Source: an uncultured Planctomycetaceae bacterium (GTDB taxonomy: Bacteria > Planctomycetota > Planctomycetia > Planctomycetales > Planctomycetaceae). Taken from it: a DNA stretch of 64,000 nt. The stretch covers positions 2,052 to 66,051 of the forward strand of contig CAZNMS010000003.1 of the NCBI GenBank assembly GCA_964573505.1, given 5' to 3'. Shown here in pieces: positions 1-10,100 of this stretch (positions are counted from its first letter, which is position 1; each line of letters begins with the position of its first letter). The position numbers and the translations under genes are program-made. A model generated the notes under the pieces. That model ran no database searches. It saw only the letters and a list, made by a program, of their open reading frames with translations, and was not told where the DNA came from.

Positions 1-981
1 AGCCGTCTCGCCGGAGAGCATCACCGCATCCGTGCCGTCGAGCACCGCGTTGAAGACGTCGCTCGCTTCAGCCCGCGTCGGCAGTTCGTTGCGTTGCATG
101 CTGTCGAGCATTTGCGTCGCCGTGATGACCGGCTTGCGTTTTTGATTACACAGTTGAATCAGCCGCTTTTGAATGCCGGGAACTTGCACGATGTCGACCT
201 CAACTCCGAGATCACCGCGCGCGACCATCATGCCGTCAGAGGCGTCGACGATTGCTTCCAGTTCATCGAGCGCCTCAGGCTTCTCGATCTTCGAGATGAT
301 TTGCAGTCCCGACTTCTCATTGAGTTGCCCGATCGCTTCGCGGAGTTGCCGGACATCAGCAACGCGCCGCACAAAGCTCAGCCCGACGAAATCAATGCCT
401 TCATGCACGGCCCACTTGAGATCGGCGCGATCCTTATCGGTGAGGCTCGGCGTGCTGAGTGCAACGCCCGGCAAGTTGACTCCCTGCCGACTGCGGATCG
501 TGCCCGCCACTTCAACGACGCAGCGTGCAACGCCTTTCGCCGGGTCTTGCTCGACAACGCGCATCGCGACGCAGCCGTCCGCCAACAAGATGCGATCGCC
601 GGGTCGCACGTCGTCGATCAACGGCTCGTAAGTGCAAGTGAGTTGCTGCGGGTCAGACGTTTGCAGTCCGCGAATGAACGTGAATTCCGCGCCTTCCGCG
701 CAGTTGATGCTCTCGCCGGGGAGCATTCCCAATCGGATCTTCGGTCCCGAGAGATCGCCAAGAATGCCGATCGGACGACGCTGCTCGCGCGAGATGTCGC
801 GGATCATCGCAACGATGCCGCTGAGCCAATCATGTGAGCCATGCGCGAAGTTGAGTCGGAAGATGTCGACTCCCGCGAGGACAAGTTCCGCGAGCATCTC
901 GCGCGTCGCACTTGCCGGTCCGACAGTGGCGACAATCTTCGTGCGGGCGAGACGTTGTTCCTGATACTGCTTGCTGCTCAT
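1..981 (-). CDS. pyk: pyruvate kinase, N-terminal 327 codons (C-terminus lies beyond the window edge)
   Basis: The reverse complement of nt 1-981 is open, with ATG at 979-981 ([24 protein letters not shown]...). It carries pyruvate kinase signatures: [39 protein letters not shown]. It is absent from the ORF track only because there is no stop inside the window. Confidence 0.93.
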   Translation of the reverse strand, partial: MSSKQYQEQRLARTKIVATVGPASATREMLAELVLAGVDIFRLNFAHGSHDWLSGIVAMIRDISREQRRPIGILGDLSGPKIRLGMLPGESINCAEGAEFTFIRGLQTSDPQQLTCTYEPLIDDVRPGDRILLADGCVAMRVVEQDPAKGVARCVVEVAGTIRSRQGVNLPGVALSTPSLTDKDRADLKWAVHEGIDFVGLSFVRRVADVRQLREAIGQLNEKSGLQIISKIEKPEALDELEAIVDASDGMMVARGDLGVEVDIVQVPGIQKRLIQLCNQKRKPVITATQMLDSMQRNELPTRAEASDVFNAVLDGTDAVMLSGETA

Positions 982-1101
982 CACGACGCCGTTCGTTGAT
1001 GGAAAAGTTGTTACCCGCCCTGCCTTCATGTTTGAGGGACGGATTCGAAACGGCAGGGATCAGACTTCACACCGAGAACACTCACAAGCGAGGTGCGCCA
1101 T

Positions 1102-1328
1102 CTTGGAGTGCTCCGACCTGTCGGAGCCCTCCATTTCAGCGGCAGGTCAGGCATGAAGAGTGAGCTTGTTCGCCGTCAATGTTGATGTCGGCATTGATGT
1201 CGGAATGAGCGACGACATCGAAGAAAAGATGACATGCGACAGCAAGTTGTGACGGCAACTTCTCTTAATCCATGCGCGTCTTGTGCCGCTCAGAATGGAA
1301 GGCTCCGACAGGTCGGAGCACTCCAAGG
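1102..1328. repeat. Inverted pair of ~41-bp hairpin-containing repeats (TTGGAGTGC-hairpin-CCTCCATT family) about 145 bp apart
   Basis: 1102-1142 (cttggagtgctccgacctgtcggagccctccatttcagcgg) is the reverse complement of 1286-1328 with 2-3 mismatches. Each arm holds the palindrome GCTCCGAC-CT-GTCGGAGC. It lies between the cheR stop and the pyk start. Confidence 0.8.
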
Positions 1329-1339
1329 AAAGCGCTGTC

Positions 1340-2266
1340 TTACCGACTTCCGGCCATTGCGAATTGCCGAGCGGTGTTCGGCACGGGGACGGTCGGTGCT
1401 GCGAGCACGGACTTTGGTTGCAGCGAGAATGCCGTGCGCGGTTTGTTCGGCTGATAGTAGACCGCGCGACAATGGAACTGAGGTGCCCAGCGCGGGCCGA
1501 AGTCCGACAAGTTCTCGGACGAACCCACAAACAACGCTCCGTCGTTCGAGAGCGTGCGCGAAAGTCGTTCAAACAACTCTCGTCGGACCGGCAAATCGAA
1601 GTAGATCGCGACGTAGCGGCAGAAGACGACATCAAACGGACCGAGTCCCTCGAACGGCTGCAGCAAGTTCCGCTTTTGGAACGACACCAAACTGCGAACA
1701 TCATCTTTCACCTGCCATCCGTTGCCGGCGCGCTGAAAGTACTTCTCGCGCAAGTCAGCTCGCAGTCCGCGACCGACTTCGAAGTCCGAGTAGATGCCGC
1801 GACTGGCGGTTGCGAGTGCGGCGTCCGAGATGTCCGTCGCCAAGATCTGCACGTCCCAACTGGCGATGTCAGGCAACATCTCCATGAGGCAGATCGCAAG
1901 GCTGTATGCCTCTTGTCCGGTGCTCGCGGCTGCCGACCAAAGACGCAATCGCTTCGGGTAATAAGAGGACGTCTTCGCGTCGATGATCTCGGGCAAGGCT
2001 TTGTGCTCGAGTGCGATGTAAGGCGATTCGTCGCGGAAGAAGAGCGTCTCGCGCGTCGTGACAGCGTCGATGAAAGCGTTCCGCGCGGCGGTATCACCGG
2101 CTTCGATCTTCGAGATCAAGCAATCCAATGACGAGCAGCCGAACTCACTGATCCGCGCGACGATGCGAGACTCGATCAAGTAGTCCTTACTCGAATCCCA
2201 TTGGATCCCGGTGATCTTGTCAGTGAGCCGACAGATCGCCCGAATTTGTTGTTGTGTGAGGCTCAT
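1340..2266 (-). CDS. cheR: chemotaxis protein methyltransferase CheR
   Basis: 308-aa ORF with a CheR N-terminal helical domain plus SAM methyltransferase motifs (LRLWSAAASTGQEAYSLA, VVFCRYVAIYFD). It overlaps the cheB stop by 4 nt. Confidence 0.93.
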   Translation of the reverse strand: MSLTQQQIRAICRLTDKITGIQWDSSKDYLIESRIVARISEFGCSSLDCLISKIEAGDTAARNAFIDAVTTRETLFFRDESPYIALEHKALPEIIDAKTSSYYPKRLRLWSAAASTGQEAYSLAICLMEMLPDIASWDVQILATDISDAALATASRGIYSDFEVGRGLRADLREKYFQRAGNGWQVKDDVRSLVSFQKRNLLQPFEGLGPFDVVFCRYVAIYFDLPVRRELFERLSRTLSNDGALFVGSSENLSDFGPRWAPQFHCRAVYYQPNKPRTAFSLQPKSVLAAPTVPVPNTARQFAMAGSR

Positions 2267-3681
2267 ACGAGTGCCGGCTCCCCTGCAAAGACTTGAAGCT
2301 CTTCAGCCAGCTTCGACAGCGGTACGACGCTATCTGCTAGTCCTTCCTCCGTGATTGTTCGCGGCATGCCCCACACAACGCAGCTTTCAGCATCCTGAGC
2401 GATGATGGCCCCGCCGACGCGCTTGATCATGCGCAGTCCTGCGGTCCCGTCATGCCCCATTCCAGTCATGATCACAGCGAGTGACTCTGATCCGTAGACC
2501 TCGGCCACCGATCGAAACAGGTAGTCGACTGCCGGACGACAATTGCATTCCGGCTCGTCGTCGGTGATTTGGATGCGCGTTCGTCCGCCAGCATGCGACA
2601 CCTTCATCTGTCTTCCTCCCGGAGCGATGAAGACTTGCCCGGCTTTCACGAGATCACCGTTCTCGCCTTCTTTGACGCGAAGCTGACACTTCGCGTTGAG
2701 CATGTCGGCGAACGACTTCGTGAAGACCGGCGGCATGTGCTGCACGATCAAGATCGGCAGCGGGAATGTCGCAGGCAGCAAAGGCAGCAACTGCCGCAGG
2801 GCGTCGGGGCCGCCTGTCGAGACCCCAAGCGCCACTGCGGCATAACATCCCGTCCGTCGTCTCCCCGACAGAGACAACTGCGACGAAACGGCTGCCCCCG
2901 CGAACGGGGACGCACTCTGATTCGGTGTGACGATGCGTCGCGGCATTGCGAATCTCAGGCGGGTTGAGAGCCGCAGCGCATCGAGTTTTTCTTTCAACGC
3001 TTGACCCAGCAGCGCGGCGCTTTGAGCGGGCGTGCTGCCGACGGGCTTCGTGACAAAGTCAAAGGCTCCGAGTTGCATTGCCTGCATCGTCGCCTCTGCT
3101 CCTTCACTGGTGAGCGAACTCACCATGATCGCTTTCGTTTTCGGGCTGCGTTTCGGCAGCTCGCGCAGGACATCCAGTCCATTCAGTCCGGGCATCTCGA
3201 CGTCGAGCGTCGCGACATCCGGTTGCAAGAGTTCCAGTTGAATCAGTGCCTCTTTGCCATCGCGTGCGATTCCGATGATCTCGACGTCGGGCAGGGTGCC
3301 GAGGACATCTCGAACGATCTTGCGATAGATCGCACTGTCGTCGATGACCAATACCTTGAGCTTTGAGTCGGTAGTCACAGCAGGGCTTTCTTGAGTTGAC
3401 GCAGCTCGCACTGCCGAGGTCCATTTGCGTGAAATGAAGCTGGGCGGAGCGAGAGGCGAAGTCGGCGTCCTGCCGGTTGAGCGTTTGGTCGCAGCGAGCA
3501 GGGGGTGAGTGGCCGGAAGTCCGACTGGCGAAGCGGGCCTGATCCACCACTGAGCAAGCTCAGCACTCACCTTTGCTGCGGGTTGTTCGTTGTCTGTCGT
3601 TGCGACGAGCGGGGGATGAGTGGTCGGAAATCCGACTGGCAGAGCGGGCCTGATCCACCACCGAGCGAGCTCGGCACTCAT
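2263..3681 (-). CDS. cheB: chemotaxis response regulator protein-glutamate methylesterase CheB (start uncertain)
   Basis: Receiver domain (KVLVIDDSAIYRKIV...DVEMPGLNGLDVL) plus methylesterase domain (GVSTGGPDAL, MTGMGHDG, VVWGMP). The first ATG is at 3681 and the track's TTG at 3699. A GTG at 3378 would give a canonical start (V/M-TTDSKLKVLVIDD) and leave the 111-bp tandem repeats non-coding. Confidence 0.9.
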   Translation of the reverse strand: MSAELARWWIRPALPVGFPTTHPPLVATTDNEQPAAKVSAELAQWWIRPASPVGLPATHPLLAATKRSTGRTPTSPLAPPSFISRKWTSAVRAASTQESPAVTTDSKLKVLVIDDSAIYRKIVRDVLGTLPDVEIIGIARDGKEALIQLELLQPDVATLDVEMPGLNGLDVLRELPKRSPKTKAIMVSSLTSEGAEATMQAMQLGAFDFVTKPVGSTPAQSAALLGQALKEKLDALRLSTRLRFAMPRRIVTPNQSASPFAGAAVSSQLSLSGRRRTGCYAAVALGVSTGGPDALRQLLPLLPATFPLPILIVQHMPPVFTKSFADMLNAKCQLRVKEGENGDLVKAGQVFIAPGGRQMKVSHAGGRTRIQITDDEPECNCRPAVDYLFRSVAEVYGSESLAVIMTGMGHDGTAGLRMIKRVGGAIIAQDAESCVVWGMPRTITEEGLADSVVPLSKLAEELQVFAGEPALV

Positions 3682-3695
3682 CTTTCCTGCGTCGT
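3495..3695. repeat. Tandem pair of ~90-nt palindromic units, period 111 bp
   Basis: Unit 1 hairpin is 3504-3571 (GGTGAGTG...CACTCACC, inner CTGAGC-AA-GCTCAG at 3550-3563). Unit 2 is 3615-3682 (GATGAGTG...CACTCATC, inner CCGAGC-GA-GCTCGG at 3661-3674). Both stems differ between units by paired, compensatory substitutions. Confidence 0.85.
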
Positions 3696-3715
3696 TCAAG
3701 ATGGTGTGCTTTGAG

Positions 3716-6058
3716 TTACACCGCGAATTGCTTCACGAGTCCTTCAAGTTCACCGGCGAGGTGATGAAGGTCGGTGCCTGCCGAGCGAGCGTGACTGGCT
3801 CCGATCGCTGTTTCGCGAGCAGCCTGATCCACTCGGACCATGTTCTTTGTGATCTCGCGGCAAGCCACTGCGGACTCGCCAATACCGCGTGATACGGACT
3901 GCACGGCTGAAGTCGTCTCATGAACGGTGCGGGCAATCTCGTGAGTTGTCTTCTGTTGCTCGGAGACAGCAGAGGCGATCGTTGAAGAGACGGTGCTGAC
4001 GTTGTGGATGACACTTTGAATGTCACCGATGGCCTTGACCGCTTCGCCCGTCGTTTGCTGAATCGCCTTAACTCGTCGTGCAATATCGTCGGTCGCCTCG
4101 GAGGTCTGCTTTGCTAACTCTTTCACCTCCGTCGCGACGACGGCGAATCCTTTGCCTGCTTCTCCCGCACGGGCAGCCTCAATCGTTGCATTCAGAGCAA
4201 GTAGGTTCGTCTGCTCCGCGATGTCTTGAATGACCTCGATGACTTTGCCGATCTCGTTCGCCGCAGCTCCGAGCAATGTGATCTTCTCGTTGCTGATCTC
4301 GGTCAATCGAGCAGCCTCACCGGCAACACCGGCGGCGCGTTCGGCGTTCTGAGCAACATCGGAGATGCTCGCAGTCATCTCCTCAATGGCGGCTGCCACT
4401 GACTCGACGTTGGCCGTCATCTCGTGCGTCGACGAACTGACGCTCGTCATGCTCGAACTCATCTGCTCAGCAGCAGCGGTAACAGCGCTCGATTCACTCG
4501 TTGTCGTCTCTGCTCCGGCAGCAAGTTGCGTTGCTGTCGATGAGATCTGAGTCGATGACGATGCGAGTACGCCGATGTTGCCAGTCAGCTTGCCGATCAT
4601 GTCTCGCAAGCTCGAACGCATGTTGTTCATCGCGTCGATGAGTTGTCCGCATTCACCACTGGCTTGCACGTCGCACGATGCGGTGAGGTTGCCGGATGAA
4701 ATTTGCTGAGCGAACTCGGCAGCCTTCACGATCGGTCGAGTGAGTGAGCCTGCGTACCAAACGGCAGTCACTGCGACGACGCCGCCTGCTGCGACAAACA
4801 GTCCGAACGCCCAGAAGGCGAGCGATGCTTGCGACTCGTCGCCGACTGCCGTCATGCCCTCGACCGCTGCGAGTGCTTCTGAGGTATCCATCTTGGCGTT
4901 CAAGCACCAACGATGGCCGAGCACGTCAACCGGTGTGAAAGCCACAACACAGTCCTTGCCGCGATAGTCTGTCATGCGGATTACACCCGACTCACCGCGC
5001 TCATGCACTGCTTGAGTGGCGGCCGTCTTCACGCGGCCCTTCTCGGGATTGCGGAAGGCACTGATGACGTTGCGATTCTCTTTGTCGTGATAGGTATCCG
5101 AACGAGGGAGATAGTCGGCACCAATCAAGAGGGTCTCACCGGTTTCACCGAGTCCCGACCGCGATGCCATCACCTGACTGATCTTTTCGAGCGGCATTTG
5201 GAAGGCGATCACGCCGATCTTCTCGTCACCATCAAAGATGGGAGCGGCGATGAAACTTGCCGGTGCTTCGTAAGAGGGCAGATACGGCGCGAAGTCGACC
5301 ATCACTGCGTTGCGATCTTTGGCATCGCGCGCCTTCTGCCAAACTTTGGCCAGTCCCGTATTCGCTGTCGGCCCGTCTGTGAGGCACGTTGCGAAGTCGA
5401 GTTCTTTGAAGCAGGTGTAGACGACGTGCCCGTCATCGGAGTCCATCAAGAAGATGTCATAGAGGCCGAAGCGTTCGAGATACTTCCGCAGGATCGGATG
5501 AGCTTCGCCGTGAGCTTTGTTGTAGGTGTTGTCGACCGGCGAACGATCAAGCAGATGCTTTTGACCGAGCGGGTTCGAGTTCACGCGAACGTAGTGGTAC
5601 TGCAGCAACGCGCTCTCATCGGCGAGCTTCGACAGATAGGCCGACGTATTGGGCGTCTTGCCGTTGTTCTGCTTTGCGTACTCGGTCGAGAACTCGCCGT
5701 TGTAGTACGTCGCGAGTTGCTTCTTCGCATCGGCGATCGAACCGTCTTTGTCCGCCGCTTCTTTCCATTCATGGAAGCCGTGATCGAGATCCTTCAGCAG
5801 GTCTACGACCATGAGGTCTTCAGACATGCTTTCGATTTGGTTCTTCAGCCCACTGACATAGCTCTCGATCTGCGCTTTGCGCGAATCGCGAATCGCGATC
5901 AGGTTTTGCTCGGTCGCCCGCGTGAGTCCGTCGGAACCGTGCTCGGTGATTGACCTCATGGATTCGCGAGCCTTCGAGTAGCTCACGACGCCGTATGTCC
6001 CGAGCGGTATCAGACCGCACGCTAACACGATGGCGACAAGTTTCGTTTTCAGTTTCAT
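3716..6058 (-). CDS. methyl-accepting chemotaxis protein with periplasmic Cache-like sensor, HAMP and MA signalling domains
   Basis: 780-aa ORF. It has an N-terminal TM ([15 protein letters not shown]), a large periplasmic domain, a second TM ([21 protein letters not shown]), then HAMP and the conserved MCP hairpin ([35 protein letters not shown]). Confidence 0.93.
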   Translation of the reverse strand: MKLKTKLVAIVLACGLIPLGTYGVVSYSKARESMRSITEHGSDGLTRATEQNLIAIRDSRKAQIESYVSGLKNQIESMSEDLMVVDLLKDLDHGFHEWKEAADKDGSIADAKKQLATYYNGEFSTEYAKQNNGKTPNTSAYLSKLADESALLQYHYVRVNSNPLGQKHLLDRSPVDNTYNKAHGEAHPILRKYLERFGLYDIFLMDSDDGHVVYTCFKELDFATCLTDGPTANTGLAKVWQKARDAKDRNAVMVDFAPYLPSYEAPASFIAAPIFDGDEKIGVIAFQMPLEKISQVMASRSGLGETGETLLIGADYLPRSDTYHDKENRNVISAFRNPEKGRVKTAATQAVHERGESGVIRMTDYRGKDCVVAFTPVDVLGHRWCLNAKMDTSEALAAVEGMTAVGDESQASLAFWAFGLFVAAGGVVAVTAVWYAGSLTRPIVKAAEFAQQISSGNLTASCDVQASGECGQLIDAMNNMRSSLRDMIGKLTGNIGVLASSSTQISSTATQLAAGAETTTSESSAVTAAAEQMSSSMTSVSSSTHEMTANVESVAAAIEEMTASISDVAQNAERAAGVAGEAARLTEISNEKITLLGAAANEIGKVIEVIQDIAEQTNLLALNATIEAARAGEAGKGFAVVATEVKELAKQTSEATDDIARRVKAIQQTTGEAVKAIGDIQSVIHNVSTVSSTIASAVSEQQKTTHEIARTVHETTSAVQSVSRGIGESAVACREITKNMVRVDQAARETAIGASHARSAGTDLHHLAGELEGLVKQFAV

Positions 6059-6127
6059 GGATAGCTCGCTTCGAACGGAGATGAGGGAATTAGGTGTCCG
6101 AGCCTCGGAGCACCGAACTGAGATGAG

Positions 6128-6527
6128 TAAGTAGATTGGGATTCCATCCCGACCGTCTTAAGTAGATTGGGATTCCATCCCGATCCGCCGTGATTGACGG
6201 GCATCCTGAAATTGCGACTTGCCTGCGGCGTTTGACTTCGATCGGCCACTCGCATTGCTCATGGTTGAAATCGTCAGTGACGACGAATCGCTGCGTTCAT
6301 CCGAGCGATGCCCGTCTTAAGTAGATTGGGATTCCATCCCGATCCGCCGTGACCAACAGGCTCCAGCATGTTGCGACTTGCCTGCGGAGTTTGATGTCGA
6401 TCGGCCACTCGCATTTCCTTTGAGGAAGGCAAAGTGCCCTTCCTCCAAATCTTTGCGTGACGACGAATCGTCACTTTGAATCAAGAGACTTCCCGCCGAG
6501 GCCCGGGATGGAATCCCAAGCTACTTA
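6128..6527. repeat. Intergenic repeat array inside the che operon: two ~102-bp direct repeats (period 159 bp) plus partial and inverted copies
   Basis: R1 6154-6255 and R2 6313-6414 (cgtcttaagtagattgggattccatcccgatccgccgtga...ttgcgacttgcctgcgg.gtttga..tcgatcggccactcgcat). There is a partial copy at 6128-6153 and an inverted copy at 6504-6527 overlapping the cheW stop. GTGACGACGAATCG motifs sit at 6277 and 6457. Confidence 0.85.
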
Positions 6528-7043
6528 GGCCGCTGCTGCGGCTTCCTCGTTACGAGCAAGCACGCGCTCGGTATCGAGAATCAGCAGCAGGTCGTTTTCG
6601 AGTTGATGCACGCCTCGAAAGAAGCGGCCTGAGACGCCGCGCAGGTTTGCTGGCGGTGAATCGATTTGGTCCGAGTTGATGTGCACGACATCCGCGATCC
6701 CATCGACCAACAAACCGATCCGCTCTTCAGCATCAGCAACGATGATGTTGCGGCTGTTGCGGTCGATCTCGATGGAGTCGAGTCCGAAGATCACGCGCAG
6801 ATCGACGACGGTGACGACGTCGCCTCGCAAGTTCACAACGCCGCGCACTTCCGCCGCTGCTTGAGGCACGCGGGTCAGTTGCAGATTGCGATTGATCTCT
6901 TGCACCTGCTTGATGTCGATGCCGATCAAGCTGTCGCCGATCAAGAACGTCGCGAGTTCGAGTTCTTCGACGACGACGTTCGAGTTGTCTTTGGTGTTCT
7001 GTTTCATGCTGCACTGAGGGAGAAAGGAGTGGGGCAAACGCAT
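6525..7043 (-). CDS. cheW: chemotaxis coupling protein CheW
   Basis: Single CheW-like domain (ELATFLIGDSLIGIDIKQVQEI...VPQAAAEVRGVVNLRGDVVTVVDLR). ATG at 7043, with an alternative ATG at 7007 (MKQNTKDN...). Confidence 0.9.
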   Translation of the reverse strand: MRLPHSFLPQCSMKQNTKDNSNVVVEELELATFLIGDSLIGIDIKQVQEINRNLQLTRVPQAAAEVRGVVNLRGDVVTVVDLRVIFGLDSIEIDRNSRNIIVADAEERIGLLVDGIADVVHINSDQIDSPPANLRGVSGRFFRGVHQLENDLLLILDTERVLARNEEAAAAA

Positions 7044-7081
7044 GCGGGCATGTCGTTCAAGATTCGAGAGAGGCAGTTCCC

Positions 7082-7145
7082 GTAGCAGAACTCGTCAGAG
7101 TTCTGACTCCGTCAACGTGCCCGGAAGTCTCACGACTTCCGCTAC
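7082..7145. repeat. 64-bp double-hairpin element (GTAGC...GCTAC family), copy C
   Basis: gtagcAGAACTCgtcaGAGTTCTgactccgtcaacgtgccCGGAAGTCtcacGACTTCCGctac, between the cheA stop (7150) and the cheW start. It has the same architecture as 13537-13601 and 24999-25062. Confidence 0.8.
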
Positions 7146-7149
7146 TGGC

Positions 7150-10100
7150 TCAGGACGCTCCGACCAGTTGCTGCTGCGGCGCGGCACTCGGTGCGGAACT
7201 CAGAATCGAAGTCAGTGCGAGCACCAACTTGTCGCGATCGAGCTTGATGAGGTACTCGCTCACTCCGGCCTTTGTGCCTCGGCGGATGTGCTCGTCACTG
7301 GCGAGCGATGTCAGAGCAACGACGGGCAGATGACGATGAGCAGCACTGCCGCGAACTCGTTCGCAGAGTTCGAAGCCATTCATGTTCGGCATCTCGATAT
7401 CAGTGACGACGCCGACGAATTGATGCTCGCCGCGCTGCAAGATCGACCATGCTTGCGCACCGTCTTCCGCAGTGACGACGTCTGCTCCCATTTGCTCGAT
7501 GAAGCTCTTCACCTTGTTGCGGAAGAACGCGGAGTCCTCGGCCAACAGCATCTTCGGACGAGCACTGTTCGAGACGGATCCGATCGTGATCGCCACTTGC
7601 GGAGCGGCGTCGTTCGGACGTGATGTCGTCGTCGGAACGGTGATGTGCGGAGCTTGCGTCGTTGTTGTTTGAGTAATGACGGCGACGGGTGCTTTGACTG
7701 CCGCAAACCATTCAGGATGACTCTGCCAAGCAATGTCGTAGGCATCGAGGATGCGCGTCGGTTTGTTGTCGACGATCAGTGAGCCGAGCAGACCGACTCC
7801 CGAGAACGTGCGGGTATCGAGGTTCGAGCTGATGTCGCGGATGTCGATAATGGTGGGTGCCACTAATCCGACTTCGCGTTCTCCGGCTCGGAAGACAACG
7901 ACATAGAGTCGAGACTGCTCTTCCGGTGCTCGTGCCGGCATCACTTTCTCAAGATGCAGCAACGGCAATGTTCCGCCGCGATATTGCAGGACCGATTGAC
8001 CGGCGACCGAGTCGATCTGATCGGCGCGAATCCGCTCGATGCGAGCGACCGAACTCATCGGAATGCCGAACTGCTCGCTCGGATGATTCGTGAAGAGCAA
8101 CGTCGAGATCGTTTCTGCAATCTCCTCATTGTCGACTTCGGACTTCTTCTTCTCGCGACGTTCGTTCGCTTCGAGACCGCAGTTTGCTGCCAATCCGGTG
8201 ATGTCGAGGATCAATGCGATCTGACCGTCACCGAGCACCGTTGCTCCGGCGAAGCACTTCACATCAGCGATATGTCGCCCGAGCGGTTTGACGACGATCT
8301 CTTCTGAGTCGAAGAGCCGATCGACGATGAGGCCGTAACGCAGTCCGCCGGTTTCGAGGACGATGATGTTCGTCGCTTCGATATCGCCGGATGCCTTCGT
8401 CTTCGTGATTGGCTCGCTGCTCTTCGGGTCTCGCATGACTTCCGACAGCCGAACGAGTGGCAAGAGGCTGCCTCGCAGTCGCAAGACTTCCGAGTTGCGC
8501 AGTCGCTCGATGCGTTTGGTTTCGTCGCCCTGCCGGATGCGAACGAGTTCGGCAATGTTGACTTGAGGCACCGCAAAGCGTTGCCCGCATTCGCTGACGA
8601 TGAGCGACGGGATGATGGCGAGCGTCAGCGGCAAGCGGACGGTCATCGTCGTTCCTGAGCCGACTTCGGTTTGAATCTCGACGGAGCCGCCGAGCTTTTC
8701 GAAGTTGGTTTTGACGACATCCATTCCGACGCCGCGTCCACTCACCGACGTGATTTGTTCGGCGGTCGAGAAGCCCGGCAAGAAGATCAATCGCAACGCC
8801 TCAGCGTCGCTCATGGCATCGGCCTTCTCCTGAGTGATGAGTCCTTTCTCGACGGCCTTGCGACGCAAGCGACTGGCATCAATGCCGGCTCCGTCGTCGG
8901 AGATCGAGATGTTGACTTTGCCATCTTGGTGATAGGCCCGCAGATGCACGGTGCCTTGAGCCGACTTGCCGATGCTCTCGCGAAACTGCGGTGCTTCGAC
9001 TCCATGATCGACCGAGTTCCGAATGAGATGTGTCAGCGGATCGCCGATGGCCTCGATGATCGTCTTATCGAGTTCGACCTCATTGCCTTCGATCACCAAT
9101 TGGCATTGCTTGCCGAGCATGCCACTGAGATCGCGGACGATGCGCGTGAACTTGTTGAAGACGTTGCCCACTGGCTGCATGCGAGTGGCCATGATCGTCT
9201 CTTGCAGCTCGGTCGTGACTTGATCGATGCGTGCTCCGACAGACTCCAAAAGTCGCTCGTCATGATTGGCGATCGTCTGCAAGAGCTGATTGCGCCCGAG
9301 AACCAATTCCCCTGCGAGGTTCATCAAGCGATCGAGGATCGACACTGAGACGCGAATGTTCGATTCGACTTTGACTTGATCGCTCTGAGCAGCGGCGGCG
9401 GGAGCTTTGTTGTTCGCAGGCTTCGCAACTGCGGGAGTCGCTGAAGCTGAAGCGACAGTCGGTGCTGCGGGCGTATGCGCAACCGGTGCCGGAGTTGAAG
9501 CCGGAGCAGATACCGGAGCCGGTTTCGGCGGAACGTTATTCACAGCGGAGACTGCCGGGCGCGGAGCCGCAGCAACAACGGGCATCGTCGGTGCGGGATC
9601 CGTTTTCGCCGCAGTGGGTGCCGGCGAGACCTCTTTCACCGCCGCTTGCACGGCACGCTCAATTGTCGGAGTGGCTGCTGCTGTCTTCTGAGGACAACTG
9701 ACCGCGACCGTAGGCAGACTGGCAGCACGACGGCGGAATTGTCCCGGTGCCGCATTGGCCTCAACGAGATGCAGACTGCTTTCAGGCAGCGACCAAAAGC
9801 GGCCAAACAGATCCGGCTGCAAGACGCTCGATAACACAACGACGCAGGGCAACGACTCCGGCAGTGCGGCATCAATGCCGGGAATGGCTGCTTGATCAAT
9901 CAGCGCTGCGAGCAAGTCGCCGGTATCTCCGAGTCTCAGACTGAGATCGACGACGTTCCCCGAAAACTCTTTGTCGCGAAGTAAGTCAAACTCCATCGCG
10001 TAGACATAGCGGTGCGACTTCCATGCGGTCTCTAAAGCAGTGGAATCAACCGTAACGGGCAGATCTTTCGGGCTGCATTTCGGCAACCCGGATGTAGCAA

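Noticed and set aside
94-837. 247-aa plus-strand ORF (and 173-631, 632-964)
   Set aside because: It lies entirely antisense to the clearly recognisable pyruvate kinase frame. It is Arg/Ala/Asp-rich, the usual composition of shadow ORFs in high-GC DNA.
4913-5953. 346-aa plus-strand ORF
   Set aside because: Antisense to the MCP gene. It has no recognisable motifs and is Arg/Val-rich shadow translation.
6055-6474. Two similar 66-aa minus-strand ORFs (MRVADR.QTPQASRN...[13 protein letters not shown])
   Set aside because: Their similarity simply reflects translation of the 102-bp DNA repeats. They diverge exactly where the repeats diverge, and no start context or protein-like features are present.
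6128-6527. Possible CRISPR array
   Set aside because: There are only two full repeats of about 102 bp with a 159-bp period, plus partial and inverted copies. Repeat length, copy number and the absence of unique spacers of regular size do not fit CRISPR, and no cas genes are present.
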